From a bacterium (GTDB taxonomy: Bacteria > RBG-13-61-14 > DATKZS01), in NCBI GenBank assembly GCA_963674965.2, contig CAXXFL010000001.1:544001-608000 (forward strand): a DNA stretch of 64,000 nucleotides, given 5' to 3'. Below are positions 33,409 through 44,139 of the stretch, piece by piece. The stretch's first letter is position 1. Each line of letters opens with the position of its first letter. Under the pieces are notes generated by a model. That model did not search any database and was not told the DNA's origin. It was given only the letters and a program-made list of their open reading frames with translations. A program made the translations under genes and the position numbers.

Positions 33409-33906
33409 TTACCAGTCCAAAAGTTGTTCTTTGTTGATGATGAAATCATCCGGCTCGTACTTGCAGAACCGCATGTCCATCGTGTCCATCAATATGGCGT
33501 TCAGCGGGCAGGCCTCGACGCACATGCCGCAGAACACGCACCGGAAAAGGTCGATCTCGAAGGAGACCGGCATTTTCTCGTCCACTCCGTCGCCTCGCTC
33601 GCCCGCCACGATATGTATGCACTCGGAGGGGCAGGCGGTGGCGCAGCACATGCAGGCCACGCACTTGACCGTTCCGTCCTCCCGCTTGTTCAGGCGGTGT
33701 TTACCCCTCCACCTGGGCGAGATGGGCCTTTCCTCCTCGGGCCACTGGTAGGTGACGGTCTCGGGCTTGACCATCTTTCCCACCAGGGGAAGGAAGCCGA
33801 TAACGTTGACCCAGAAATGCCTGAGCGTGATCAGAAGGCCCTTTAGCAACTCGATAAAATAAAGCCTCTCGGGCCAGGTCATGTTTTTATGTCTGGGACC
33901 GCCCAT
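33409..33906 (-). CDS. nuoI: NADH-quinone oxidoreductase subunit I
   Basis: Two 4Fe-4S motifs, CVACMCCATACP and CVFCGMCVEACP; ATG overlaps the nuoH TAA (TAATG). Confidence 0.95.
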   Translation of the reverse strand: MGGPRHKNMTWPERLYFIELLKGLLITLRHFWVNVIGFLPLVGKMVKPETVTYQWPEEERPISPRWRGKHRLNKREDGTVKCVACMCCATACPSECIHIVAGERGDGVDEKMPVSFEIDLFRCVFCGMCVEACPLNAILMDTMDMRFCKYEPDDFIINKEQLLDW

Positions 33907-35327
33907 TACACGAACCCCCTCGTGAACGCCAGTACCACTCCCGTGACCACCACGTTGGCCAGCGCCAGGGGCAGGACCATCTTCCATCCCATCCTCATGA
34001 TCTGGTCATAACGGAACCTCGGGTAGGTCCACCTCATCATGAAGATGAGGTAAAGGACGACGAGGAGCGTGATGGTGAACTTGCCCGCCTGCAGGACCAT
34101 AATCAAAAGGCCCACGCCGTTGGCGCCCAGGGTCTCGCCAATGCCCGTGTCGGCCCACGCGCCGGCCCAGCCGAGCAGGTGATAGCCCTGGGCGTCGATC
34201 CAGGGTATCTGCCATCCGCCCAGGAACAGGGTGGTAATGGTGGCCGAAAGCACGATCATCTCGACGAACTCGGCGAACATGAACATGGTGAACTTGGTCG
34301 AGCTGTACTCGGTGAAGTAGCCGGCGATGATCTCGGACTCGCCCTCCGGGAGATCGAAGGGGACCCGCTTGATCTCGGCCATGCCGCAGGTGAAAAGGAG
34401 AAGGAAGGCCAGGGGCTGCGTGACGATGCCCCACTTGGGGACCACGCCCCATAAAAGGTCGCCCTGCCTCTGGACCACCTCGGCCAGGCTCACCCCGCCG
34501 TAGATCATGAAAACGCCCACCGCCGTGATGCCCAGGGCCACCTCGTATGAAATCATCTGGCTGGCGCCGCGCATGGCGCCCAGGAAGCTGTACTTGTTGT
34601 TCGAGGCCCAGCCCGCCAGGATCACGCTGTATACCGCCAGCGTGCCGATGGCGAAGACGAAAAGCATGCCCACCTCGAGGTCGGCCACCACGAACTTGAG
34701 AGTGTAATCGGAAAGGTGAAGCGCGTCGCCGGGAAAGAGGCGGTACATGGGACTTAAGTCCCGGCTGTAGACCGTCTTCCTCTGGAACTTGTGCCCGATA
34801 TAGGGAAGGTCGCCCGCGTAGGCGTTCTTGTCCGGGTTGAAAAGAGGGCCGATAAGCCACATGTCCTTGGCCGGCATGGACCAGCGCGTGCCCATGGGAA
34901 CGTCGGCCGCCATGTTCACGTCGCGCTCCAGGTAATGGACCAGGGGACAAAGCTCGGCCGAGGGAATGTCCCGGTACTTGATCTTCATGGGGCCCGCGAA
35001 GGGGATCACGCAGAAGACGATGAAGGGGATTACCAGCCCTATCACCGGCGCCAGAGTATGAAGGGCCTTATTCGCCCCCTCCGGCACGAAGTCCTCCTTG
35101 GTGAACAACTTCACCGGGTCGCACATGATATGGATCAGTCCGATAAGGGTGAGGTTGTACTTTCCCAGCCGGATGTTGGCGCGGTTCGGGCCTATCCTGT
35201 CCTGGATCATGGCGGAGAGTTTCCGCTCGACCCAGGTCATGAGCCCGGCCAACTGAAGGACCCCCACGAAAATGAGGACGGCCCATAGGGCTGACATTAC
35301 GAACTGGAATGCTTGGTCCAGAGACAT
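33906..35327 (-). CDS. nuoH: NADH-quinone oxidoreductase subunit H with large loop insertion
   Basis: ERKLSAMIQDRIGPN, DPVKLFTKE, GAMRGASQMISYE, RVPFDLPEGESE, RWTYPRFRYDQ; 473 aa. Confidence 0.95.
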   Translation of the reverse strand: MSLDQAFQFVMSALWAVLIFVGVLQLAGLMTWVERKLSAMIQDRIGPNRANIRLGKYNLTLIGLIHIMCDPVKLFTKEDFVPEGANKALHTLAPVIGLVIPFIVFCVIPFAGPMKIKYRDIPSAELCPLVHYLERDVNMAADVPMGTRWSMPAKDMWLIGPLFNPDKNAYAGDLPYIGHKFQRKTVYSRDLSPMYRLFPGDALHLSDYTLKFVVADLEVGMLFVFAIGTLAVYSVILAGWASNNKYSFLGAMRGASQMISYEVALGITAVGVFMIYGGVSLAEVVQRQGDLLWGVVPKWGIVTQPLAFLLLFTCGMAEIKRVPFDLPEGESEIIAGYFTEYSSTKFTMFMFAEFVEMIVLSATITTLFLGGWQIPWIDAQGYHLLGWAGAWADTGIGETLGANGVGLLIMVLQAGKFTITLLVVLYLIFMMRWTYPRFRYDQIMRMGWKMVLPLALANVVVTGVVLAFTRGFV

Positions 35328-35343
35328 GCTGAGGCTCCGTATC

Positions 35344-36762
35344 CTAAGCCACTTGTTTATTATCCAGGGCCGCCGCCAGTCGGGACAGAATCTCGACGTG
35401 GGAAAGCGCCTCGCCTGGAGGCTCGACCGCGGGCTCGAAGCTTTGCTCGACGCCCTCGAAGTTGACGAAAGTCCCCGAGGTCTCGGCGAAGCAGGCCGCG
35501 GGCAGACACACCTTGGCCCCGCCCGCCGCTTTCGAGAGCTGGGGAGTTAACACCACCGCCGGTTCGGGCATGGACTCGGGAAGCGGGTTGGGACAGAGCG
35601 TCTCCAGGTATAATACCACCGCGTCCTCCCCCACGGCCGAGGCCTTGTCCTTGATCTCGAGGCCGTTTATGCCCTTAACGTTCGCGTTTCGGTCGGCCCG
35701 GCGGAGGAAGTCGTCCTCCCAGCCCGGCTCGCCCTCGTGGACGTAAAGTTTGGCCCCCAGTTTGGCCCCCAGGGCCTTGGCCGCCTCGGCCTCCTCCAGG
35801 GTCAGACTGCCCGAGATCACTATGGCTAATTTCGCGCCCGCGCCCTTTATCGTCTTGGCCGCCGCCGCCAGGGCCTCGCTCCAGGAGGTCTTCTTCATTT
35901 TTCCCTCCTCGGCCACGCGGGGCACGGTGAGCCGGTTGTCGATTATCGAGTGATATGACAGCCTGCCCTCGTCGCACATGAAGCTCTTGTTGATATCCTC
36001 GTTCACGCGGGGCCGGGTCCTGTAGACCTGGCCCTGGCGATGGTCGATCCAGATATTGCAGCCCCGGGCGCATTGGGGACAAACGGAGGGAGAGTTGGTC
36101 AGGAACCAGGCCCTCTGCTTGAAGCGGAAATCGGCGCTGGTCCAGGCCCCCACCGGGCAAAGGTCGGTAAGGCACATGCCGTAGGGATGGTCCAGTTCCT
36201 TTCCCGGGAAAAGGGTGATCTCCGCCTTGTCCCTCCGGTTTATGATCACGAGCTGCTCGTCCTTGACCACGTCCCGCATGAACCTGACGCAGCGGGTGCA
36301 GAGCACGCAGCGCTCCGTGTCCAGGTAAAGGTTGGGGCCCGCGCGCAGGGCTTTTCTCTTTTTCACCTTCTCTTTCGGCCCCTGGATACGGGATGACTCC
36401 AGGTCGTACCTCATGTAGTAGTCCTGGAGATAGCACTCGCCGGCCTGGTCGCAAATGGGGCAGTCCACCGGGTGGTTCTTCAGGAGGAACTCCATGACGG
36501 CGCGGCGGGCGGCCTGGACCTTCTCGTTCTCCGTGTCGATCTCCATGCCGTCGGCCACGCGGGTGGCGCAGGCGATCGAGAGCTTGGGAGGACCGGGTTT
36601 AATATCCACCAGGCACATCCGGCAGTTGCCGCTGATGGGAAGGTGGGGATGGTAACAGAAATGGGGAATGAAGACGCCGACCTCGGCCGCGGCCTGAAGC
36701 ACGGTTTTGCCCTCTTCTACCTCGTATTCCTGACCGTTGATGGTTATCTTGACCGTTCCCAT
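35344..36762 (-). CDS. nuoG: NADH-quinone oxidoreductase subunit G (short form)
   Basis: FCYH..GNCRMC (N1b), HPVDCPICDQAGEC (N5), CVLCTRC...CPVGA (N4), CPQCARGC...C (N7); 472 aa. Confidence 0.92.
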   Translation of the reverse strand: MGTVKITINGQEYEVEEGKTVLQAAAEVGVFIPHFCYHPHLPISGNCRMCLVDIKPGPPKLSIACATRVADGMEIDTENEKVQAARRAVMEFLLKNHPVDCPICDQAGECYLQDYYMRYDLESSRIQGPKEKVKKRKALRAGPNLYLDTERCVLCTRCVRFMRDVVKDEQLVIINRRDKAEITLFPGKELDHPYGMCLTDLCPVGAWTSADFRFKQRAWFLTNSPSVCPQCARGCNIWIDHRQGQVYRTRPRVNEDINKSFMCDEGRLSYHSIIDNRLTVPRVAEEGKMKKTSWSEALAAAAKTIKGAGAKLAIVISGSLTLEEAEAAKALGAKLGAKLYVHEGEPGWEDDFLRRADRNANVKGINGLEIKDKASAVGEDAVVLYLETLCPNPLPESMPEPAVVLTPQLSKAAGGAKVCLPAACFAETSGTFVNFEGVEQSFEPAVEPPGEALSHVEILSRLAAALDNKQVA

Positions 36763-36854
36763 GATTCTTTCTTGTTCTCGCTCCGGCGGATTCTTCCGCC
36801 CGCCATAATGCTTTATGGCGACCTTACTCCGTTACGGGACCCGCTTGGGCCCCC

Positions 36855-38150
<1,296 letters not shown>

Positions 38151-38216
38151 GACTCTGTTTCGCGGGGACTATCCCCAGGTTTTGACTTGGCGTCCGGCCA
38201 GGCCGGACATGGGGCG

Positions 38217-38699
38217 CTAATCGTCGGCGCCGAGTTTATCCAGTATCTCGTCGACCTTCTCGGGTGTAAGGTTCTCGTAATAGTCGTCGTTAATCTGCAT
38301 CATGGGGGCGTTGCCGCAGGCGCCCAGGCACTCGACCCGCATGAGGGTGAACTTGCCGTCGGCCGTGGTCTCGCCCGCCTTGATTCCCAGCTTCTCCGAG
38401 ATATAGTCGATCACCTCCTCCGCTCCCATGAGGGCGCAGGAGATGTTGCAGCACACCTGGACAAGGTACTTTCCGACCTTCTCCTTGTTGTACATGGTGT
38501 AGAAGGTGGCCACCCCGTATATGCGGGCCGGGCTGACGCCGATCATCTCGGCCACGGTTTCCATGGCCTCGAGGCTCACGTGCCCGAACTCGCGCTGGGC
38601 GATGTACAAGGAGGGCAATATGGCCGCCTCCCTGGTGGGGTACTTGGAAAGCACCTTCTCGAATTCACCCTTGGCCCGCTCTGAAAACTCGAGACCCAT
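38217..38699 (-). CDS. nuoE: NADH-quinone oxidoreductase subunit E
   Basis: VATFYTMY, VCCNISC, ECLGAC (2Fe-2S N1a). Confidence 0.96.
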   Translation of the reverse strand: MGLEFSERAKGEFEKVLSKYPTREAAILPSLYIAQREFGHVSLEAMETVAEMIGVSPARIYGVATFYTMYNKEKVGKYLVQVCCNISCALMGAEEVIDYISEKLGIKAGETTADGKFTLMRVECLGACGNAPMMQINDDYYENLTPEKVDEILDKLGADD

Positions 38700-38700
38700 T

Positions 38701-39894
38701 TTATCTGTCCATCTCCCCGCCGATCATGTTAACCGACCCGAAGGTGGGTATGATGTCGGCAAGCATGTAGCCTTTCAAGATTTCGCCCATGGCCGCCACC
38801 GTGGGAAAACAGGGCGGACGGCAACGGCACTTGACCGGTTTGGTCCCGCCGTCGGACACCACGTAGAAACCAAGCTCCCCGTTGGCGCCCTCGACGTAGG
38901 CGTAAGCCTCGCCCCTCGGGACCTGGATGCCCTCGTATATCAGCTTGAAATGGTTGATCGTTCCCTCGATGCTGGAGTAAACCGACTCCTTGGCCGGCAG
39001 GGTGAAGCGGGGATCGGCCACGTTCACCGGGCCGTCGGGCAGCTTGGCCAGGGCCTGCTCGATTATGCGCAGGCTCTGCTCCAACTCGGCCATCCTCACC
39101 ACCCAGCGGTCGTAGTTGTCGCCGTTCTCGCCCGTGGGTATCTCGAACTCGAGCTCGTTGTAAACGAGGTAAGGGTGGGCCTTCCTCACGTCGTAGGCCA
39201 CCCCCGTCGAGCGAAGGAAAGGACCGGTGATGCCGTAGCTGATGGCGTCCTCCTTGGAGATGACGCCCACGCCGGCGGTCCGGTCGATGAAAATCCTGTT
39301 CTTGTCGAACAGGCGATGAATCTCGTCCACTATGCGGCGCGTCTCGGGGATGGCCTGCCGAAGACCCTCGCGGAAGTCGTCGGGCACGTCCCACCTGAGG
39401 CCGCCCACCCGGGTCCAGGAGTAGGTCACCCTCGCCCCGGTCACGCTCTCGATCAGCTCGTAGTAAAGCTCCCTGGCCTTGACGAAGTACAGGAAGGCGG
39501 AGAAGGCGCCCAGTTCCATGACCACTGCCGCCAGGCAGGTCAGGTGGTCGGTGACCCTGCACATCTCGGAGAGTATGACCCGCAGGTACTGGCAGCGGGG
39601 GGTTATCTCGAGGCCGCACAGCTTCTCGACCGCCATCACGTATCCCACGTTGTTGATGATGGGGGACACGTAGTTGAGTCGGTCGGTATAAGGAACTATC
39701 TGGTTCCAGCGATGGTCCTCACATTCCTTCTCGAAGCCCCGGTGCAGGTAGCCCGGCTCCACGTCGATATCCACGATGGTCTCGCCGTCCAGCAGGGCGT
39801 GCATCTGGATGGTGCCGTGCGTGGCCGGGTGAGACGGACCGATCATGATATCGAGATAATCGGTATGCAGGTCCTTTGTCGTGTCTTGCGCCAT
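38701..39894 (-). CDS. nuoD: NADH-quinone oxidoreductase subunit D
   Basis: GPSHPATHG, GYLHRGFEK, DRLNY and a GEMDR terminus; no NiFe CxxC motifs. Confidence 0.96.
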   Translation of the reverse strand: MAQDTTKDLHTDYLDIMIGPSHPATHGTIQMHALLDGETIVDIDVEPGYLHRGFEKECEDHRWNQIVPYTDRLNYVSPIINNVGYVMAVEKLCGLEITPRCQYLRVILSEMCRVTDHLTCLAAVVMELGAFSAFLYFVKARELYYELIESVTGARVTYSWTRVGGLRWDVPDDFREGLRQAIPETRRIVDEIHRLFDKNRIFIDRTAGVGVISKEDAISYGITGPFLRSTGVAYDVRKAHPYLVYNELEFEIPTGENGDNYDRWVVRMAELEQSLRIIEQALAKLPDGPVNVADPRFTLPAKESVYSSIEGTINHFKLIYEGIQVPRGEAYAYVEGANGELGFYVVSDGGTKPVKCRCRPPCFPTVAAMGEILKGYMLADIIPTFGSVNMIGGEMDR

Positions 39895-39937
39895 TATTCC
39901 ATCAACCTTTTTCGGTCAACTCGTTCTCGCCAAGGCC

Positions 39938-40501
39938 CTAGTTGGCCTTTTTTATTTCCTCGCAGGACAACTCGTCCGGCTCGGTCTCGTCCATCGCCCG
40001 CCGGGAGGGCTTGTGCTCCGGCGCCAGGAGCGGAATCCTGGGCTGGGTCTTGGCGATGGGATAATCCTTTCTTAGTGGATAGCCCTGAAACTCCGGATAA
40101 AGGAGAAGGGGCCTCAGGTCCGGGTGGCCGGCGAACTTTATGCCGTACATCTCGTGGCACTCGCGCTCGAACCAGTCGGCGCCCTTGTAAAGGGAGCAGA
40201 GGCTGGCGATCGAGCATGAGGACTCGGGTACCCTGGCCTTGAGCCGTATTCGCTGGTTGGTCTCGTTGTTGCGCAGATGGAGGACGACCTCGAAGCGGGG
40301 AAGTCCCGACTCCCGGCCCAGGTAATCCACGGCCGTGAGGTCGATGAACATGTTCATGCCCATCTCGTCGCGGAGGAATTTGACCGCCTCGAGCCAGGCC
40401 GACCTGGCCACGCGGGCCGTCTCGTCGCCGCAAAGCTGGTGGGTTTCCTCGATGGCCTCGGGGAAGCGCTCCTTTAATTTGTCCAGGATTTCAACGCTCA
40501 T
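39938..40501 (-). CDS. nuoC: NADH-quinone oxidoreductase subunit C
   Basis: WFERECHEMYGIKFAGHPDLR...YPLRKDYP. Confidence 0.95.
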   Translation of the reverse strand: MSVEILDKLKERFPEAIEETHQLCGDETARVARSAWLEAVKFLRDEMGMNMFIDLTAVDYLGRESGLPRFEVVLHLRNNETNQRIRLKARVPESSCSIASLCSLYKGADWFERECHEMYGIKFAGHPDLRPLLLYPEFQGYPLRKDYPIAKTQPRIPLLAPEHKPSRRAMDETEPDELSCEEIKKAN

Positions 40502-41016
40502 GGCAACATCTTGTATTTTTCAGGATCGTGATGCAGGTCGATCTTCTCGCCCTGGATCATTTCCTGCAGCTTCATCAGCCCGTCGAGCACCATCTCCGGC
40601 CGCGGAGGGCAGCCGGGGATGTAAACGTCGACCGGGATGATCTTGTCGCAGCCCTGCACCGTCGCGTAGTTGTCGTAGAACCCGCCCGTGGAGGCGCAGG
40701 CTCCGAAGCTGACCACCCACTTGGGCGTGGTCATCTGCTCGTAAACGCGGCGGAGGATGGGGGCCTGCTTATGGCTAATCGTGCCCACTACCAGAAGAAA
40801 ATCCGACTGGCGCGGAGTGAAGCGGGGAAACTCGGCCCCGAACCTGCCCAGATCGTAATGGGAACAGGCCACGCTCATGAACTCCATGCCGCAACAGGCG
40901 GTAACGAAAGGATACTGGAAAAGCGAGTACTTGCGAGCCCAGTTGATAAAGAACTCGACCTTGGTCGAGATGAACTCCCAGCGCTGAAGCTTGGTCTCGA
41001 GTCCGGTCAGTCCCAT
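40498..41016 (-). CDS. nuoB: NADH-quinone oxidoreductase subunit B
   Basis: TACCGMEFM, TPRQSD, GACASTGG, YIPGCPPRPE; ATG 41016 follows a GGAGG inside the end of nuoA. Confidence 0.96.
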   Translation of the reverse strand: MGLTGLETKLQRWEFISTKVEFFINWARKYSLFQYPFVTACCGMEFMSVACSHYDLGRFGAEFPRFTPRQSDFLLVVGTISHKQAPILRRVYEQMTTPKWVVSFGACASTGGFYDNYATVQGCDKIIPVDVYIPGCPPRPEMVLDGLMKLQEMIQGEKIDLHHDPEKYKMLP

Positions 41017-41366
41017 TCCAGACCTCCTTTGCCCCAGGCGTAGACCAGGGCCAGCACCAGGATGCCCAGGAAAAGGACCATCTCGATCAGAGCGAAAAGT
41101 CCCAGGCCGCCGTAAGCCACGGCCCAGGGGAAAAGGAAAACGGCCTCGACGTCGAAGAGGATGATCAGGATCGCCACCGAGTAGAACTTGACTGAGAAGC
41201 GTTTTCTTGGGTTGCCGTCCGAGGGATGGCCGCACTCGAAGGGGGCTTGCTTGCGGGGGTTCTTGTGACTAGGGCCAAGAAATACCGACCCTAAAACGAA
41301 CACCGCCGCTAAAAAAACCGCCAGCGCGATCATCACTAGTATGGGTGCGTAGTCTACTGTTAACAT
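41007..41366 (-). CDS. nuoA: NADH-quinone oxidoreductase subunit A
   Basis: PFECG, FDVEAVFLFPWA, KGGLEWD. Confidence 0.96.
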   Translation of the reverse strand: MLTVDYAPILVMIALAVFLAAVFVLGSVFLGPSHKNPRKQAPFECGHPSDGNPRKRFSVKFYSVAILIILFDVEAVFLFPWAVAYGGLGLFALIEMVLFLGILVLALVYAWGKGGLEWD

Positions 41367-41454
41367 TTTTTACCCGGCCTAGTTACGGGATTTTACTGCA
41401 AGAATCTTGGAACTTGGAACTTATGATGCCAAATGACCCCAAACTAAAGGCCCA

Positions 41455-41482
41455 ATTATACCAACAGTTACGTCAAAGTCAA
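41455..41482 (-). promoter_or_regulatory. sigma70 promoter of the nuo operon
   Basis: Minus strand reads TTGACT-N16-TATAAT with an extended -10 (TGG-TATAAT) and AT-rich upstream sequence. Confidence 0.7.
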
Positions 41483-41532
41483 ATGAAAAACAAAACCTTA
41501 GATAAATTTAATAATTAAAAACGCTCAGTTCT

Positions 41533-42045
41533 TCAACAATTGTCATCGGCAAACTCTTGCCATTTATTGAATATTTTTACAAACGCTAAACGGTCCAGGC
41601 TGATGGCCCCGCCTCCCCTGGCCATAAGCAGCAAGGCCAAAACGAACCATAATAGGTCCTGACCCAAAAGCGGCCAGCCCACGGCGCCTCCGTCCTCGGA
41701 GAAACATCCGCAGCTCATCTCCCTGGCTCGCCATATATTGATGTAAATAGCTATTATAAATGATAAAAATATGGAGGACGAAACGCCGGCCATGGCCCTT
41801 GTAAAAAGACCCAGAAGCAAAAAAGCGCCGCAAATCACCATCGCCCAGGGAAGTAAAACCGCGAAGCTCTCCTCCCACTCGGGGGCCAACACCTCGTATT
41901 CGCTCACCTTTAATAAAAAACCGATCGGGTCGAAAAGCTTCGGGATACCGCTGTAAAGGAATAATGAGCCAATTACAATCCTCATGGCCGCCAGGGCCAG
42001 GTCCTCGGCCCAGGCCAACTTTCTTTTTCCGCGATCATCCGTCAT
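41533..42045 (-). CDS. DoxX/MauE-family membrane protein
   Basis: RIVIGSLFLYSGIPKL...LPW...SCGCF; 4 TM segments. Confidence 0.85.
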   Translation of the reverse strand: MTDDRGKRKLAWAEDLALAAMRIVIGSLFLYSGIPKLFDPIGFLLKVSEYEVLAPEWEESFAVLLPWAMVICGAFLLLGLFTRAMAGVSSSIFLSFIIAIYINIWRAREMSCGCFSEDGGAVGWPLLGQDLLWFVLALLLMARGGGAISLDRLAFVKIFNKWQEFADDNC

Positions 42046-42209
42046 AGGTCATGCCCCGAAACAAGTCGCATATCTTATAAGATCGGGGCGTTAAATGCAA
42101 TAACTCCCAATATCCATATTTTCCTTACAAATTGAAGGAGGCGAAAAAGAAAGATGGATCGGCGCAAAGGCTGGCCGTGCATCCAGATTATTTCAGAGCG
42201 GAACTTTTA

Positions 42210-43832
42210 TTACTCCCTGTCAGCGCTATCATGCCAGGGGGGTTTTTCGTAAGGTGGTGAATCGCCGCAATTGAGTTGGTACTCCTCTTTAGAGATTTTT
42301 AACGGCTTAGCGTACTTTTTATTATTGTTGTCAGAAGGACCGTAGTTCATATAGCGAGCTTCCGCTTCCTCGAGCCATTTCCCGGCCCGTTCGCATTGGC
42401 GCCGTGATGAGAAGAAATAGGACGCCCAGGCCGGAGAATAAAAGTCCCTTTTATCGATAGAAGTCACGGCAAGATAAAAGGACAACGCCGTCTCATTATC
42501 TCCATTCTTATAACTATTCGCGGCGACGCTTTTAAGCGGCCAGGTCTCACCGGTGAGGGAAGAAGTTAGTATAAGCCTTGTCTCTTCCGGATATCCGCCT
42601 AAATTCACGATGCGGTCACTCGTAGTACTTTTAACGACCACGAATACTGGATGAACTAAAAATAACGCCAAGAGGATCGCCAAATACTTTGCCGTTGGCG
42701 GTGGATCCGGCCTTGGATAATCGGGCTCGACGCCGGCCTCGATCATGCGGTCGTATGGATGGGGATGCGTTGTCCCTTTTCCATCCATCACGGCGGGAAG
42801 GAGCCGTTTGGCGTGCATCTTCTCGAGGGCCCGCGCAAAGTGGGCGTCCATGTCCGAAAGCTCCAAAGCCCTTGCGTCAGCTTTGCTCTCCATGCTTCTT
42901 GAAAACTTAAACACGAGCATATTCAACGCCAATAACGCGAGGGGTATGGCAAATCCCAAGGGGCCCATGACCTTTGCCCATGGTATAGGCAGCATCAGGA
43001 AAGGGATAGCCACCCGGAAGGCAAGGATTTTAAGGGGTTCCTCGAGATGTGCTATTTCATGGGCGCAGATTGCCTTTAGTTCCTCGTCCTCGAGAAGGTC
43101 GATGATCGAGTCGGTAAACGCGACCGCGTTCTTTAATGGAATGGCAAAGGCGTTGGGACTGGGAGACATAACCTCGAAAACAAAGGGAGGCTCATGGCCC
43201 ATCTCTTCGGACGTATCCTTCACGACGCGCGTTAGCCGAAGCCCAGCCGGACGGGCGAGACCAAAGAGGCAAAGGATTTTCACTTCATTGGTAAAAGTCA
43301 AAACGATCATTAACGCCGCCGCCACCAGGGTCATTATGACGGCGGTCGTGCCGGCCTCATCAGGGAAAGCGACCAGGAGAAGGAATATAATTATATAGTG
43401 TTTATAAATCAGAGCGAAAGAGGTCAGAAGTCCCTTCAGCCGGTATCCGAGAGGAGAAGAATCCAGACTCAAGCGTCGGCGGTAAAGCAACCAGACGACG
43501 AACACGACGCCATAGGAAATAAAGCCTCCCCAAAAGATAAACGAGAAACGAGACATGTCCACCAAGATGGTGGGAGGGGAATCTTCTTGTAACTCAAAAA
43601 TTATAACCAAAGGCAAAAAAACGCCCACTATAATAATGGCCGCCCGCGCCAAATGTAGGTGACGCGCCAGTTCGGTCCAATGCGAGTCCTGATTCTTTCT
43701 CACCGCCCTTGCAACGATTACCGAAAGGGGCCAGTACACGATTAACGTGTAGACCCCGACGATCGAGTAGGCGTATGTGACGCCCGCCCATCTTATCCAC
43801 GTGGGTAAGCCAAGCGCCTCAATGTATTCCAT
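42210..43832 (-). CDS. M48-family membrane zinc metalloprotease
   Basis: PNAFA, ICAHEIAH (HExxH), SRSMESKAD and THP motifs; many N-terminal TM segments; AT-richer than the core genes. Confidence 0.85.
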   Translation of the reverse strand: MEYIEALGLPTWIRWAGVTYAYSIVGVYTLIVYWPLSVIVARAVRKNQDSHWTELARHLHLARAAIIIVGVFLPLVIIFELQEDSPPTILVDMSRFSFIFWGGFISYGVVFVVWLLYRRRLSLDSSPLGYRLKGLLTSFALIYKHYIIIFLLLVAFPDEAGTTAVIMTLVAAALMIVLTFTNEVKILCLFGLARPAGLRLTRVVKDTSEEMGHEPPFVFEVMSPSPNAFAIPLKNAVAFTDSIIDLLEDEELKAICAHEIAHLEEPLKILAFRVAIPFLMLPIPWAKVMGPLGFAIPLALLALNMLVFKFSRSMESKADARALELSDMDAHFARALEKMHAKRLLPAVMDGKGTTHPHPYDRMIEAGVEPDYPRPDPPPTAKYLAILLALFLVHPVFVVVKSTTSDRIVNLGGYPEETRLILTSSLTGETWPLKSVAANSYKNGDNETALSFYLAVTSIDKRDFYSPAWASYFFSSRRQCERAGKWLEEAEARYMNYGPSDNNNKKYAKPLKISKEEYQLNCGDSPPYEKPPWHDSADRE

Positions 43833-44075
43833 AGATTCACCTCTTTCGAATATCTTCGTAAATTAGGGCGTGAAATGCAAAATTGCGTAAACTAAATATT
43901 TATATCCACATGCTCAAAAACGCAAGGTTGCCTTATAAAAAGTATCTTGAACAAAAAGATAACTTTTTATGCATGTCTCTTTGCGAGGCCATTACTACCA
44001 ACTGGCGGGGGCGATTAAACCGTCATTTCATAATTCAAACCACACCGGGAAAACAACAAAAACCTGGCCGCCGGC

Positions 44076-44091
44076 GGGAACGAATATTGCT
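44076..44091 (+). promoter_or_regulatory. candidate sigma54 (-24/-12) promoter
   Basis: GGGAACGAATATTGCT has GG-N10-GC spacing and differs from TGGCACG-N4-TTGC at 2 positions; about 50 nt before the dsrC-like ATG. Confidence 0.45.
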
Positions 44092-44139
44092 TATTTTTAG
44101 CTGTAGTCATATGCATAGCGTGACTGAAAGGAGCCTGTG

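Noticed and set aside
38701-41016. Group 4 NiFe hydrogenase instead of complex I
   Set aside because: The D subunit has no CxxC Ni ligands, B has the tandem CC of NuoB, and all 14 nuo genes are in canonical order.
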